Part shown: piece after piece, positions 1 to 10,478 of the stretch
Numbering within the stretch: position 1 is the stretch's first letter
Layout: every line of letters starts with the position of its first letter
Assembly (NCBI GenBank): GCA_050049995.1
Contig: JASFVE010000012.1
Location: forward strand, 1 to 31,704
DNA: 31,704 nt
Direction of reading: 5' to 3'
From: Chlamydiota bacterium
Lineage (GTDB): Bacteria; Chlamydiota; Chlamydiia; Chlamydiales; SM23-39
The notes under the pieces: generated by a model
Seen by the model: only the letters and a program-made list of their open reading frames with translations
Told to the model about the DNA's origin: nothing
Databases searched by the model: none
Position numbers and translations under genes: made by a program

Positions 1-5
1 TATAT

Positions 6-824
6 GTGACAGATCTTGAAGGAAACAAAAAAGAAGTAACCCTTTTAAAAATTCTTGGTAACGGTGGCGCTAAAAGAATTATTGAAATTCAGGATGATGA
101 AGCCTTGGCTATTCCAAACATGGATGTAGATTCAATTCATGGGATAGTAAACGGGTGGAAGAAAATGGTTGAACGTGAAATTGAAATTTCAGAGGATGTT
201 CTTAAGTTAAATTTGATGGCAGGATCATTAAAAAAAGTTTATTTAACTATTAATTTTTCAGACTCAGAAGAAGTTGCAATACCAGCATATACCACAAAAA
301 CGTTTCAGAGTTTAGCTAAAAAAGGTGTTTTTGTTATTGATCGCAAACAAGCAGCTGGGACAACTTGGAGTGGGTCTATGTTGGATAGCGTATTTACTGA
401 ACAAAACCAACTTGATAAAAGAAAATTGGATGCAATGCTCCAACCCTTATTGGAAGATGCTGCTAAACTTTCCCTGCATGATATTCCAAGTGTGAGAGAT
501 CTTTTAATGGGGACTGATTCATTAAATTTAGCTGTTGTTGAAAAGACTAGAGCTGTCGGATCGAGACTTGAGAAAGATTATACTCTTAGATATTTTGGTT
601 TTGACTTTTCAAGTAAATATGGTTTTCCCCGGAAAAGGCGTTACCCTTCTGTAGAACACATACATAAGATTTTTCATGAGTTAGTGCATGCTTTTAGAGC
701 TGCGGATAGCTCAAAAAATTCGATTCCTTATGATTATTGGCAGTCTAGGTATTCCATTGAATATGTGGAAAACTTTTTAAATAACTTTTCAGAGGTTGAC
801 CAAAATAGAGAAGAAGTTTCTTAA
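6..824 (+). CDS. Hypothetical protein with a divergent protein-kinase-like fold, probably 5'-truncated by the window
   Basis: 272-aa ORF whose frame is open to the window edge (in-frame TAT at 3-5). Ordered kinase-like motifs: LGNGGAK, MVEREI, DSLN and GFDFS. I do not recognise a named family. Confidence 0.55.
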   Translation: MTDLEGNKKEVTLLKILGNGGAKRIIEIQDDEALAIPNMDVDSIHGIVNGWKKMVEREIEISEDVLKLNLMAGSLKKVYLTINFSDSEEVAIPAYTTKTFQSLAKKGVFVIDRKQAAGTTWSGSMLDSVFTEQNQLDKRKLDAMLQPLLEDAAKLSLHDIPSVRDLLMGTDSLNLAVVEKTRAVGSRLEKDYTLRYFGFDFSSKYGFPRKRRYPSVEHIHKIFHELVHAFRAADSSKNSIPYDYWQSRYSIEYVENFLNNFSEVDQNREEVS

Positions 825-849
825 GTTTTACCGAAGATAACAATATTGT

Positions 850-903
850 GCTCATGGAAGATAGAAAATGACGTTGATAAGTACTATTTTTCCATGAGTT
901 TTT
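850..903 (+). terminator. Probable intrinsic terminator between convergent genes
   Basis: CTCATGGAA (851-859) and TTCCATGAG (890-898) form a perfect 9-bp inverted repeat. It extends imperfectly inward (GATAG/CTATTT) and is followed by T5 (899-903). The loop is large (~19 nt). Confidence 0.55.
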
Positions 904-951
904 CAAATAATACGAAGAATATTAGTTCCAGCTTACTTTCAAAATTAGGAT

Positions 952-2688
952 CTACTTTTCTTTTTGAAAATCTTTAATTTGTAATTGAATACTAGCCTTG
1001 TTCAAAAATACATTTACATGAGGGGTAAATGCTATTCTCAAAGGAATATTTTTCCGTCTAATTTGAGTTTTCCTATTAGCCATTCCAAATCCAATTCCTT
1101 CTAGCATCCTTTCGTCTTGTTCTAAAAACATTTTAAGATGTAGTCTGCCAACAACTTTTGGTGACCAAATTTGTTTAACATCACTATATAAAAAAGGAGA
1201 AGGGTTGCCATTGCCAAAAGGCTCCAATAGGCTTAGAGATTCCATGAAGTCAAATGTCAGATCGGAAAAATTAATTTTGGCATCTAAGTATAATTTTGAA
1301 GCGACATCCTGATCTTTTAAAATAGAATTAGCTTTGTCGATGAATATGCTTTTAAAGTTCAAGATTTGATCTTCATTGATTGTTAATCCAGCTGCATAAT
1401 CATGACCGCCAAAATTAACTAAAAGATCTGCATTTTCCTTTAAAACAGGCAAAAGGGGGAACTCTGGAATGGTTCTTATTGAGCCTTTTCCAATTTTTTG
1501 ATCAATGGAAATGATCACAGTCGGCCTGTTATATTGCTTTGCAATTCTAGCTGAAATGATAGCAATAACACCCGGATGCCAATTTTCTGAGTGCAAAACA
1601 ATTGCTTTTTCATGTAAAAGTTCAGGGTGGTTTTCTATATATTTTTCTATTTCGTTAGAAGCTTGTTTTTCTATTTTTTGCCGCTCGATATTAAAGAGAT
1701 CAAGCTCATTAGCTAGTTTTTCAGCGGTTGCTTCATCTTTAACAAGTAAAAGTTCTACACCTTTATTTGGGTCTGCAATCCTTCCTAAACTATTTAGTCG
1801 AGGTGCAACTTTCGAGGCAATATCAACCGGAGTTACTTCTGTTGTTTCAAGCTCAGAAATAGCACAAAGCTTGGCGAGTCCAATTCTCTTAGTTTTTCTA
1901 AGCTGAGTTAGCCCATATCGAACTAGTATTCGATTTTCTCCTTTTAAGGCTCCCATATCTGAAATGGTCCCTAATGCAACCAAGTCTAAATAATCTTTAA
2001 GATCTATTTTATCTGAGCTAATTTTACCTTCTTCTATTAAGTGATTTGTAAGTGCATGGGCTAGTTTAAAAGCAACCCCAACACCTGTAAGATCACGATT
2101 TGGATAGGTGCTATTAATGAGTTTTGGATTTAATGTAGCTACACAATGAGGTATTTTAGTAGTAGGCTCATGATGATCCGTTATAATAACATCAATATTA
2201 CTATCTATGATTTCTTGGAGGTCTTTTGAAGCTGTAATGCCACAGTCAACTGTAATTAATAGTTTACAATGATTATGGATCGCATATTCAAGAGCATTGT
2301 TGATTAAGCTCTTTTGTATGGTGTTTCTGCTAGGGACAAAAAAGAAAACCTTTGCGCCTAAAGTTGTTAAGAATTCTGTTAACAAAGCTGCTGCAGTCAT
2401 ACCGTCAACATCATTGTCACCATAAATCAAGATATTTTCCTGCTTATGCAGAGCCTTAACAATTCGGTGTACTGCAGTTCCCATTCCCGGGAAAAGGTGA
2501 GGGTCTAATAAGTTAGGAAGTTTTGCGTAAAGAAATTGATGGATGCTGTCTAAAGAATCAAATCCTCTCGAAACAAGTATTTGCGCAGTTACCGGATGAA
2601 TCTGAAATTCATCTATAATTTTTTTCAACCAAACGGGATCTTCTTTTGGATATACCCAAATTGGTTGTAAATTCGCCTGTTCAGCCAT
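952..2688 (-). CDS. recJ: Single-stranded DNA-specific exonuclease RecJ
   Basis: DHH-family motifs YGDNDVDG, ITVDCG, ITDHH, ALGTISD, PRLNSLGR and FGGHDYAAG. The ATG at 2688 (MAEQ...) is preferred over the GTG at 2745. Confidence 0.97.
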   Translation of the reverse strand: MAEQANLQPIWVYPKEDPVWLKKIIDEFQIHPVTAQILVSRGFDSLDSIHQFLYAKLPNLLDPHLFPGMGTAVHRIVKALHKQENILIYGDNDVDGMTAAALLTEFLTTLGAKVFFFVPSRNTIQKSLINNALEYAIHNHCKLLITVDCGITASKDLQEIIDSNIDVIITDHHEPTTKIPHCVATLNPKLINSTYPNRDLTGVGVAFKLAHALTNHLIEEGKISSDKIDLKDYLDLVALGTISDMGALKGENRILVRYGLTQLRKTKRIGLAKLCAISELETTEVTPVDIASKVAPRLNSLGRIADPNKGVELLLVKDEATAEKLANELDLFNIERQKIEKQASNEIEKYIENHPELLHEKAIVLHSENWHPGVIAIISARIAKQYNRPTVIISIDQKIGKGSIRTIPEFPLLPVLKENADLLVNFGGHDYAAGLTINEDQILNFKSIFIDKANSILKDQDVASKLYLDAKINFSDLTFDFMESLSLLEPFGNGNPSPFLYSDVKQIWSPKVVGRLHLKMFLEQDERMLEGIGFGMANRKTQIRRKNIPLRIAFTPHVNVFLNKASIQLQIKDFQKEK

Positions 2689-2778
2689 TATTTTTTCCAA
2701 TCTTTTGCTTAAATTTTTAGCATCAAGATTGAAAGAACCTTCCACTGAAAATAAAAATTTTCAGATTAAAAAATTGAA

Positions 2779-2807
2779 ATGTTAAAGCATAATAAAGTTA
2801 ATCTCAA
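2779..2807 (-). promoter_or_regulatory. Candidate sigma66/sigma70-type promoter for recJ
   Basis: Minus strand reads TTGAGA-N17-TAACAT. Confidence 0.4.
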
Positions 2808-2909
2808 TTCATAGGACAACTGTTCTTCTTAGGGTTATTCAGTAATAAGGTTACTTCCAATTAAGCTTAAAATATCATATTTAGTGAGCTTTGGGCAATT
2901 ACTTTATGT

Positions 2910-5900
2910 TTAAGCTTTATTAGATAGGGGTAATTTCTTACCTTTTTTGTCTTCCAGGTTATGGAAAAACAGCATAAGTGGAGAGGCAATGAATAAGGAT
3001 GATAAAGTTCCAAATATAACCCCAATGCACATAACAAATGCAAAACTAAAAATTGTACTACCACCTAAGAGAACTAGTGCTAAAAGTACTAAAAATGTAG
3101 TTAAAGAAGTAATTAAAGTTCTACTCAATGTAGCGTTTAACGCTTCATTAACTATATCGCGAAGAGAGGTTCTTTTCTTTAAATGTACATCTTCCCTAAT
3201 TCTATCAAAAATAATAATAGTATCATTTAAAGAGTATCCAATAATTGTCATTAGCGCAGCTATAGTATTAAGATCAATTTGAATCGGGAAATTTAATGCA
3301 TGAAAAATAGCTACTAAACCTAAAGAAACAAGAACATCATGAACTAAACAAATTAATGCACTAACAGAGTACTTCCATTCAAATCGAATGGTTATGTAAA
3401 CCATAATAGCTAGTAAGGAAATAGCAAGACTAACTAGAGCTGCATATTTCATATTATCGGACATTTGGCCACTTACGTTAGACCAGTCTTGAGATAGATC
3501 TTTATTAGTGATCGTTAAACCTGAAGCTTTAATGCTATTAGTTATCCAAGTTATCTTTTCTTCAGAAGTTTTAAGAGTTGAAAATGGTTTACCACTTTCT
3601 TCCATTGACATGCCAAACATTACTCGTAGGTGGTTAGAAGGAGTTAATGTTCTGACAGAAAAATCCTGATTTGTCGCTCCATTTTCTAGGAATGCCTTTT
3701 CAAGAGTATCTTTATAATCAGCATCTTTTTGTGCTTTAAACTCAATATTTACAGCATATCCGCCAGTGAAATCCATTCCTAAAAGGGAGTTTTTTTGATG
3801 ATTAGCAAAAAATGCACCAACCAAAATGACTAATCCAGAAACTGCAATAACAAACTTGCTGACTTTTAAGAAATTAAAATGAGTTCCTTTAATTAGTGAC
3901 ATCATAGTTAATGATGTATTTTTTTGGTTCTGTACCCAAATAGAAAAGAAAAACCTAGTCATGAAAAGAGCGGTGAACATGGAAGAGGCTATTCCGATAA
4001 TTAATGTAACAGCAAAGCCCTTAATTGGACCTGAGTCAAAATTTAAAAGAATAAGGCCAGCGATGATGGTTGTTACATTGGAGTCTAAAATTGCACTAAA
4101 TGCTTTTTTGTAACCTGCTTGAATGGCCGGCGCAATACGATTTGTGAGATTGAATTCTTCTCTAATCCTTTCAAAAACTAGTACGTTGGCGTCAACAGCC
4201 ATACCGACTGTAAGTATGATACCAGCAATGCCAGCCAAGCTCAATGTAGCATGAAGGTTTTGAAGAGTTGCCCACATAATGATCAAGTTAAATAGCACGG
4301 CAACTGATGCAACTATTCCTGCAAATCTGTAATACGTTGTCATAGCAGCAATAACTAATAAAAGAGCAACAGCTGTAGCAACTATTCCTTGGGTCCTGTC
4401 TTTTTGACCTAGTTCCGGACTAACATTTTTTTCAGATAAAATTTTAGGAGTAAATGTCAAAGATCCAGCTTTCAAATCAGACACTAAATGATTAGCTTCT
4501 CTTTGAGAAAAACTTCCTGATATCATTGCACTATCTTTAAGTGGAGAATCTAAAGTGGGGGCGCTGATTATAGTGTCATTCAAGATAACAGCCATTCTCC
4601 AACCTTGACCATTTGAATAACTTTCGTTGACTGTTCCTTCGATTTTTTCTTTTGCGAATTGAGATGTCCAGTTATAAAGCTCAGATCTAGGGTTGACTTT
4701 TTGATTATCTGGAGTCTGAGTGGTACTTTTTACTTCAAAGCTTAAATAGTTTCCTTTAGCGGGGTCATAAGAAGATTTTATATTGCTAAGGCTAGAACCT
4801 TCCAAGGCGTAATTACTAAAAATGATAAGCAAAGGGTGTGACTGTCCAAACCACTTAGTATAATCAGAGCCTCTTAAAATACCAATTTTTGAAATAGCAT
4901 CGTCAAATTGACTACTTGCTCTAACATCACTTAAATCTTGAAGTCTTAATCCATTATCGTATAGTACCTTGGCAGCTTCCGTTTTTGGTTGAATAACATT
5001 TGCTTCATACTGATCACCATATAAATGTAGCCTTGCAATTTGGTTAATGCTTTCAGCGTCTTTTTGATTAGTTACTACTGCTTCATTCCATACTTCTTGC
5101 AGGAACCGGTCGACAGCATCAGAAAGAGCTGAATTTCTGTTAGAAAACTTTTCATTAACAACATGGAAGTACATCGATGATGCTTTGACTAACTCTTGCG
5201 CAGACAAATTTTGAGAGCCTGGGAAATCTAGCATTATATGATTTCCTTCTAATCGCATGCTTACTTCAGAAACTCCCATTTTATTTACGCGATTATATAG
5301 CTCATTTAATCCTTGTTTTAAGTCTTCTTCGTTAGTAACCGTTTTATTGTTCTGATCTTTCAGCTCAATAGAGACAGTTTTTCCTCCTGAAAGATCTAGT
5401 CCCCAGCGCAATACCTTTCTTTCATCGCCTCTGAAATATTTTTTTATGCTTAAAGCAATGTTGTTCCAAGTAGGATTTTTAGTTGGTTTGGGAACAGATA
5501 GCTTTGCATTTGGATCTAAGCTAGCTAGTGCTGCATGATAGTCATCTTTCCATTTAAGAAGGTCTTCGTGAATTTGAGTGTCAATTTTATTTTGTGCTAA
5601 TATTCTTTGTTCTAAGTCAGTAAATTCAAGAACGGCAAACTCCTTTGATCCTGGGACGTAAAAGTTTTCTCTTGTAGCAGCAAGGAATGTAGAGTAGTAA
5701 TTGTCTAGTTCGAAAATATAGTCATCAGCAAACTCTTCACCCATATAATGAAGGGATGCTGGATATCCGATGAATCCAAATTGAGCTAGCAAGTCTCTTA
5801 ATTCGTAAAAGTCTTTTATAAAAAGGCGCGCTTTATCATTTTCTTCGTAAGTGGAGTACTTTTGAATAATTCGATTTAATCCTTTAGCAACAATGTAGAT

Positions 5901-7427
5901 AGAGCCTTTTTTCATTCCATTAGAAGTGTCATCTTGCTGCATTGTTGGTACAAATGAGGCTAGGCATAAAGATTTTTCTTCTAGCGAAAGTTTGTGATAT
6001 TCCTGACTATCAACAATTGGAAAAGAGTTTTTTTTCAATTCAGGATGTTTAGGGTGCCACAGCTCTTGAACAGACTGTACAATTGCGTTAGATTGTTTCA
6101 GCGCTAACTTATGAAGGTCTAGGCGTAGAACAGAGTTGCTATTGGTCAAATGGTTGAGATTCAAGGAAAGCTCTTTTTCTGCTACTACAATGTTTTCATC
6201 GCTTGCTCTTGTAATCGCTGCAATTTCATTTATGTATAGTTGATCAAACTGATTTCTAAGGTATTTAGCATTGCTATCAGAGTAATATTTTTCTTTAAGT
6301 TGTAAAATATCATCATGCAAAACTAATGATATTTTATCACTTTCCCAATCAATAATAAGTTCTTTAATAAATGTATTTTGATCACCAATTAAAAAAGATT
6401 GTTTAGATTGACCAGAGTTATAGCTATTTGCAAGTTGCTCTTTAATTTTACTAAAAGGCAAGCTTGAGTCATTTAACTGAAAATATCCTTTATTCTTTTT
6501 TAGAATATCTTTGGCTGCTGCAATAGTTTTTTCTTTTCTTTCTAAAGACCTCAACTGTTGTAGGGAAGATTCACTTAAGAATTTCTTTTCTTTTTTTAAG
6601 TCTTCTTCTTCTTTCTGAAGAGCTATTCTTTCAATTTTTATAGAATCTTTAGTTTGATCAAAAAGCTCTAGTAATGAAGAAAAAGAGGTCGATTTATTTA
6701 GGGAGGTGTTTTTGGATATGTTGGCGAAAAATCTTTTTGCGATATTTGAGTTATTTCCAAAAACTTCATTAAATTGATAGATCTTATTAGAAAGAAGGTA
6801 AATAAAATCACCATCCTGCTTTTCAGTTTGTGAATTTAGTAAAGTCTTGCCAATCAAATTTTCTGAGTTATTGTTTAAGATTATTTGCGCGATTGAAGCT
6901 GCTCTATCTAAAACTATATCTTTATAAGGAGAAGTTAATTCGCCGTTTCTATCTCGTTTTTCAATAGCCGTAAAAAACTCTTGAACATCTTTTGGCTCTA
7001 AATGAATAGCAATTTGCCTTTGAATACATGCCGTTTTAGGGTCGATAGCATAATGCGCCAAAGAAAGTTTTGCTGGTGTAAATGGAATTAATGACCCAGC
7101 TCTTGGAAAGTGATCCTTAAATTTAGTACATTGTTCTTCAGTTATAAACTTAATAAAGATTTGTTGGGGATTTTCTTTGTTCAGCTGAATAGATGCTGGA
7201 GAAATTTTTAGAGAGTCACAAAATGATTTAAGCCAGTCGACAGATTCTTTTTCTAACTGATTGACTCTCTTAGCAATATCAATCGAAGCGTTTTCAATTT
7301 TTTTTTCTCCTATAGGTGTCCGAAGAGACTTTGAGTAATAAAAAATTGTTGGAAGAATATTGTAAACAGTTAATGCGAGAACTGCTAATATCAATAAAAA
7401 CTGCCATTTTTTTCGCTTTTCCATCAT
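2910..7427 (-). CDS. secDF: Fused protein translocase subunit SecD/SecF with a long N-terminal extracytoplasmic extension
   Basis: SecD motifs WGLDLSGG and GMAVDANVLVFERIREE; SecF motifs LGMDFTGG and GYSLNDTIIIFDRIRE. About 650 extra residues follow the first TM helix. Confidence 0.97.
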   Translation of the reverse strand: MMEKRKKWQFLLILAVLALTVYNILPTIFYYSKSLRTPIGEKKIENASIDIAKRVNQLEKESVDWLKSFCDSLKISPASIQLNKENPQQIFIKFITEEQCTKFKDHFPRAGSLIPFTPAKLSLAHYAIDPKTACIQRQIAIHLEPKDVQEFFTAIEKRDRNGELTSPYKDIVLDRAASIAQIILNNNSENLIGKTLLNSQTEKQDGDFIYLLSNKIYQFNEVFGNNSNIAKRFFANISKNTSLNKSTSFSSLLELFDQTKDSIKIERIALQKEEEDLKKEKKFLSESSLQQLRSLERKEKTIAAAKDILKKNKGYFQLNDSSLPFSKIKEQLANSYNSGQSKQSFLIGDQNTFIKELIIDWESDKISLVLHDDILQLKEKYYSDSNAKYLRNQFDQLYINEIAAITRASDENIVVAEKELSLNLNHLTNSNSVLRLDLHKLALKQSNAIVQSVQELWHPKHPELKKNSFPIVDSQEYHKLSLEEKSLCLASFVPTMQQDDTSNGMKKGSIYIVAKGLNRIIQKYSTYEENDKARLFIKDFYELRDLLAQFGFIGYPASLHYMGEEFADDYIFELDNYYSTFLAATRENFYVPGSKEFAVLEFTDLEQRILAQNKIDTQIHEDLLKWKDDYHAALASLDPNAKLSVPKPTKNPTWNNIALSIKKYFRGDERKVLRWGLDLSGGKTVSIELKDQNNKTVTNEEDLKQGLNELYNRVNKMGVSEVSMRLEGNHIMLDFPGSQNLSAQELVKASSMYFHVVNEKFSNRNSALSDAVDRFLQEVWNEAVVTNQKDAESINQIARLHLYGDQYEANVIQPKTEAAKVLYDNGLRLQDLSDVRASSQFDDAISKIGILRGSDYTKWFGQSHPLLIIFSNYALEGSSLSNIKSSYDPAKGNYLSFEVKSTTQTPDNQKVNPRSELYNWTSQFAKEKIEGTVNESYSNGQGWRMAVILNDTIISAPTLDSPLKDSAMISGSFSQREANHLVSDLKAGSLTFTPKILSEKNVSPELGQKDRTQGIVATAVALLLVIAAMTTYYRFAGIVASVAVLFNLIIMWATLQNLHATLSLAGIAGIILTVGMAVDANVLVFERIREEFNLTNRIAPAIQAGYKKAFSAILDSNVTTIIAGLILLNFDSGPIKGFAVTLIIGIASSMFTALFMTRFFFSIWVQNQKNTSLTMMSLIKGTHFNFLKVSKFVIAVSGLVILVGAFFANHQKNSLLGMDFTGGYAVNIEFKAQKDADYKDTLEKAFLENGATNQDFSVRTLTPSNHLRVMFGMSMEESGKPFSTLKTSEEKITWITNSIKASGLTITNKDLSQDWSNVSGQMSDNMKYAALVSLAISLLAIMVYITIRFEWKYSVSALICLVHDVLVSLGLVAIFHALNFPIQIDLNTIAALMTIIGYSLNDTIIIFDRIREDVHLKKRTSLRDIVNEALNATLSRTLITSLTTFLVLLALVLLGGSTIFSFAFVMCIGVIFGTLSSLFIASPLMLFFHNLEDKKGKKLPLSNKA

Positions 7428-7507
7428 ATTCCCAAGAGTTAGTTATAGAGAAAAATCTTACTGAATCTAACTTGATTCTGTCCAGTATAAACGGATAAAG
7501 AAGAATT

Positions 7508-7537
7508 TTGATTCTTAAAGTAGATATTCTTTACAAT
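7508..7537 (+). promoter_or_regulatory. Candidate promoter for the purA-uppS-cdsA-cmk/plsC operon
   Basis: TTGATT-N18-TACAAT upstream of the ATG at 7574, in the divergent secDF/purA gap. Confidence 0.35.
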
Positions 7538-7573
7538 TCAAGGTATTATAATTGCTTTTTGAGATTAATGCTT

Positions 7574-8860
7574 ATGTCAAAACTAATTGTTGTTGGAATG
7601 CAGTGGGGAGATGAAGGTAAGGGGAAAATTGTCGATCTTTACTCTGAGCACTCAGAGATTGTCGTTAGATCACAAGGGGGGAATAATGCAGGTCATACTA
7701 TTGTAAAAGGTAGTAATGAGTATCGTTTTCATCTTATTCCCTCAGGTATTTTATACAAGCATACTACATGTGTGTTAGCTGCTGGGGTAGTAATAGACCC
7801 TCAGTTTCTCATAGGGGAGCTTCAAGGATTACAGGATAATAATATTGACTATGAAAATAGACTTTATATTTCTGAGCATGCCCATATGATATTACCTTAT
7901 CATAAGCTATTAGATGGAGCTCAAGAAAAAGGGAAAGGAAAAGAGGCCATTGGTACAACAATGAGGGGAATTGGACCTTGTTATGCCGATAAGATTAATA
8001 GGGTAGGAATTAGAATTGCAGACTTTCTTCATGAGGCAACGTTTGAAGAAACTTTAAGAAAAAACGTTGCAGAAAAAAATAAGTACCTTTCAAATATTTT
8101 TAATTTAGATCCTCTTAACGCTGATGATATCATAAAGGAATTTAGTGCTTATAGATCTATAATTAAGAAACTTACGCGAAATGTAGAAAGCTTTCTTTTT
8201 CGTGAAATGGAAAGGAACCGACCAGTTTTATTCGAAGGAGCGCAAGGCTCTCTGCTAGATGTTAGTTTTGGGACATATCCTTATGTGACATCAAGTTCGA
8301 CCGTTTCAAGTGGGGTTTTAGCTTCAGCAGGAGTGGGCTGTTCTTATGATGTAGAAATTACTGGAATAGCCAAAGCTTATCTTACAAGAGTGGGAAATGG
8401 TCCTTTTCCAACGGAGCTGTCAAAGGAAGAAGAAAAGATTTTTTCTAAAGCAAATGAAAATTTGCGTGAGACTGGAACAACAACGGGAAGGAAGAGAAGG
8501 ATTGGCTGGCTAGATTTAGTTCTGTTAAAATACTCCACACAAATTAATGGCATAACTCATCTTGTGGTGACAAAACTGGACATCTTAGATCACCTAGATG
8601 AAATAAAAATCTGTATTAATTATGAGCTCAATGGGGAAAAAATAACTAACGTACCTTCTTTAATGGAAGAATTAAATAAGGTAACTCCTGTTTACAAGAC
8701 TTTTCAAGGGTGGAAAAAATCTACTGAATCAGTAGATACTTGGGATAAGTTGCCTCTGAATGCAAGAAAATATTTAGAATATATCAGTGAGTATATTGAA
8801 AGACCGATTAAATTAGTTTCGGTTGGACCAAAAAGTGATCAAGTGATTTGGAAAAATTAA
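7574..8860 (+). CDS. purA: Adenylosuccinate synthetase
   Basis: GMQWGDEGKGK, GGNNAGHT, GTTMRGIGPCY, FEGAQG, GTYPYVTSS, GTTTGRKRRIGWLD and TKLDILD. Start set at ATG 7574 by analogy to the usual PurA N-terminus. Confidence 0.98.
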   Translation: MSKLIVVGMQWGDEGKGKIVDLYSEHSEIVVRSQGGNNAGHTIVKGSNEYRFHLIPSGILYKHTTCVLAAGVVIDPQFLIGELQGLQDNNIDYENRLYISEHAHMILPYHKLLDGAQEKGKGKEAIGTTMRGIGPCYADKINRVGIRIADFLHEATFEETLRKNVAEKNKYLSNIFNLDPLNADDIIKEFSAYRSIIKKLTRNVESFLFREMERNRPVLFEGAQGSLLDVSFGTYPYVTSSSTVSSGVLASAGVGCSYDVEITGIAKAYLTRVGNGPFPTELSKEEEKIFSKANENLRETGTTTGRKRRIGWLDLVLLKYSTQINGITHLVVTKLDILDHLDEIKICINYELNGEKITNVPSLMEELNKVTPVYKTFQGWKKSTESVDTWDKLPLNARKYLEYISEYIERPIKLVSVGPKSDQVIWKN

Positions 8861-8872
8861 ATTTTATTAGCC

Positions 8873-9637
8873 ATGACTATTGCTGAAATATCAACAAATA
8901 AGGATTTTTCTGATCAAGAACTAGCTGATCTTGATCCCATGAATGTTCCTCATCACTTAGCTATTATTATGGATGGGAATAGACGGTGGGCAAAGAAAAA
9001 CAATTTACCACCCATTATGGGGCATTGGCAAGGAGCGGAAGCTCTTACTCAAATTGTGCGTGATGCATCAGAAATTGGCATTAAAGTTTTAACTGTCTAC
9101 TCCTTTTCAACAGAAAATTGGGGTAGGTCGAAGCAAGAAATTCATGATTTAATTCATCTTTTAGAAGTTTATTTAAAAGAAAAGAAAGAAATGATGATTG
9201 AAGAAGGTGTAAAACTATCTACAATAGGCGACTTAACTAAGATGCCTGTATCATTGCAGGAAATAATTAAGGAAGTAAAATTATCTACTCAAAAATGCGA
9301 AAAAATTGAGTTGGTTCTGGCAATCAATTACGGTGCACGAAATGAGATATGTAGAGCAGTTCAGAAAATTTGTTCTGATATCAAAGACAATAAGTTATCC
9401 ATCAATGATTTGAGTGAAAATATTTTTTCAAATTATTTAGATACAAAAGACTATCGTGATCCAGATTTACTGATACGGACAAGTGGAGAACAAAGGCTTA
9501 GCAATTTTTTACTTTGGCAGATTTCATACACAGAAGTTTATATTACAAAAGTATTATGGCCAGACTTTGATAAAACGGCACTTTTAACAGCAATAAATGA
9601 ATTTCAAAAAAGACAACGGAGACTAGGTAAAAAATGA
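8873..9637 (+). CDS. uppS: Undecaprenyl diphosphate synthase (cis-prenyltransferase)
   Basis: IMDGNRRWA, FSTENWGR, NYGAR and DPDLLIRTSGEQRLSNFLLWQ. Confidence 0.98.
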   Translation: MTIAEISTNKDFSDQELADLDPMNVPHHLAIIMDGNRRWAKKNNLPPIMGHWQGAEALTQIVRDASEIGIKVLTVYSFSTENWGRSKQEIHDLIHLLEVYLKEKKEMMIEEGVKLSTIGDLTKMPVSLQEIIKEVKLSTQKCEKIELVLAINYGARNEICRAVQKICSDIKDNKLSINDLSENIFSNYLDTKDYRDPDLLIRTSGEQRLSNFLLWQISYTEVYITKVLWPDFDKTALLTAINEFQKRQRRLGKK

Positions 9638-10470
9638 AAAAATTCGGAAAAGAATTTATTCAAAGGTTAATTATTTCACTTTGTATAGTTGGAATTGTAG
9701 GAACTCTTCTGGTATTTGCATATAACGGGATTATCCCTTTCTTAGTGTTTTTTTTAGTACTAACTCTAGGCCTTTTCGCTAATTATGAGTTTATCAACTT
9801 AGTGCAAAAAAAAGCATATATTAATAAATGGATTGCTTTACCTTCTGTTATAATTTTAATTGGGAGCTTTTTTATTACCAGCTATGGTCAAGGGTATCCC
9901 TTGTTGCCCGCGGTATTGTTATTTCCCATTGCAATAGCCTTTTTTTTAACGCATTTTTCTAAAATTGATGGGGCAGTCACAAACATTTCAGTGTCCTTTT
10001 TTAGTATTATTTATACTGCCATTCCTTTAGGTATGATTTTGTCAATAATATATGACGATTCTCTTAACTTTGCCAGTGATGGCAGGCTTTGGATAATCTA
10101 TTTACTTATTATCACGAAAATTACGGATGTGGCAGCCTATTTTATTGGTAAGCTTTTTGGTAAGCATAAACTTGCTAAAGTAGTAAGCCCTAATAAAACA
10201 GTAGAGGGATCATTAGGTGGGTTTATAGTGGCAATTGCTACTAGCTTCTTATTTCATTATTTATTCCCATTTCAATTTTCAAAAGCTGATTGCTTAATAT
10301 TAGGAATTATTTTAGCAATATTCTCTCAAATAGGGGACCTCGTGGAATCATTATTTAAAAGAGATGTGAAAATAAAAGATAGCAGCTCTATTCCAGGAAT
10401 TGGTGGGGTGCTAGACATGTTAGACTCTATCTTTATAAATGCTCCTATTTTATACTTTTACCTCAGTTAG
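9634..10470 (+). CDS. cdsA: Phosphatidate cytidylyltransferase
   Basis: Multi-pass membrane protein with SPNKTVEG and GDLVESLFKRDVKIKDSSSIPGIGGVLDMLDS. ATGA overlap with uppS. Confidence 0.96.
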   Translation: MKKFGKEFIQRLIISLCIVGIVGTLLVFAYNGIIPFLVFFLVLTLGLFANYEFINLVQKKAYINKWIALPSVIILIGSFFITSYGQGYPLLPAVLLFPIAIAFFLTHFSKIDGAVTNISVSFFSIIYTAIPLGMILSIIYDDSLNFASDGRLWIIYLLIITKITDVAAYFIGKLFGKHKLAKVVSPNKTVEGSLGGFIVAIATSFLFHYLFPFQFSKADCLILGIILAIFSQIGDLVESLFKRDVKIKDSSSIPGIGGVLDMLDSIFINAPILYFYLS

Positions 10471-10478
10471 GAATTTTT

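Noticed and set aside
1505..3282. ORFs 1505-1906(+), 2867-3064(-) and 2947-3282(+)
   Set aside because: Antisense or out-of-frame shadows of recJ and secDF with no recognisable motifs.
7316..7498. 60-aa ORF on the + strand
   Set aside because: Antisense to the secDF 5' end, with no SD or motif.
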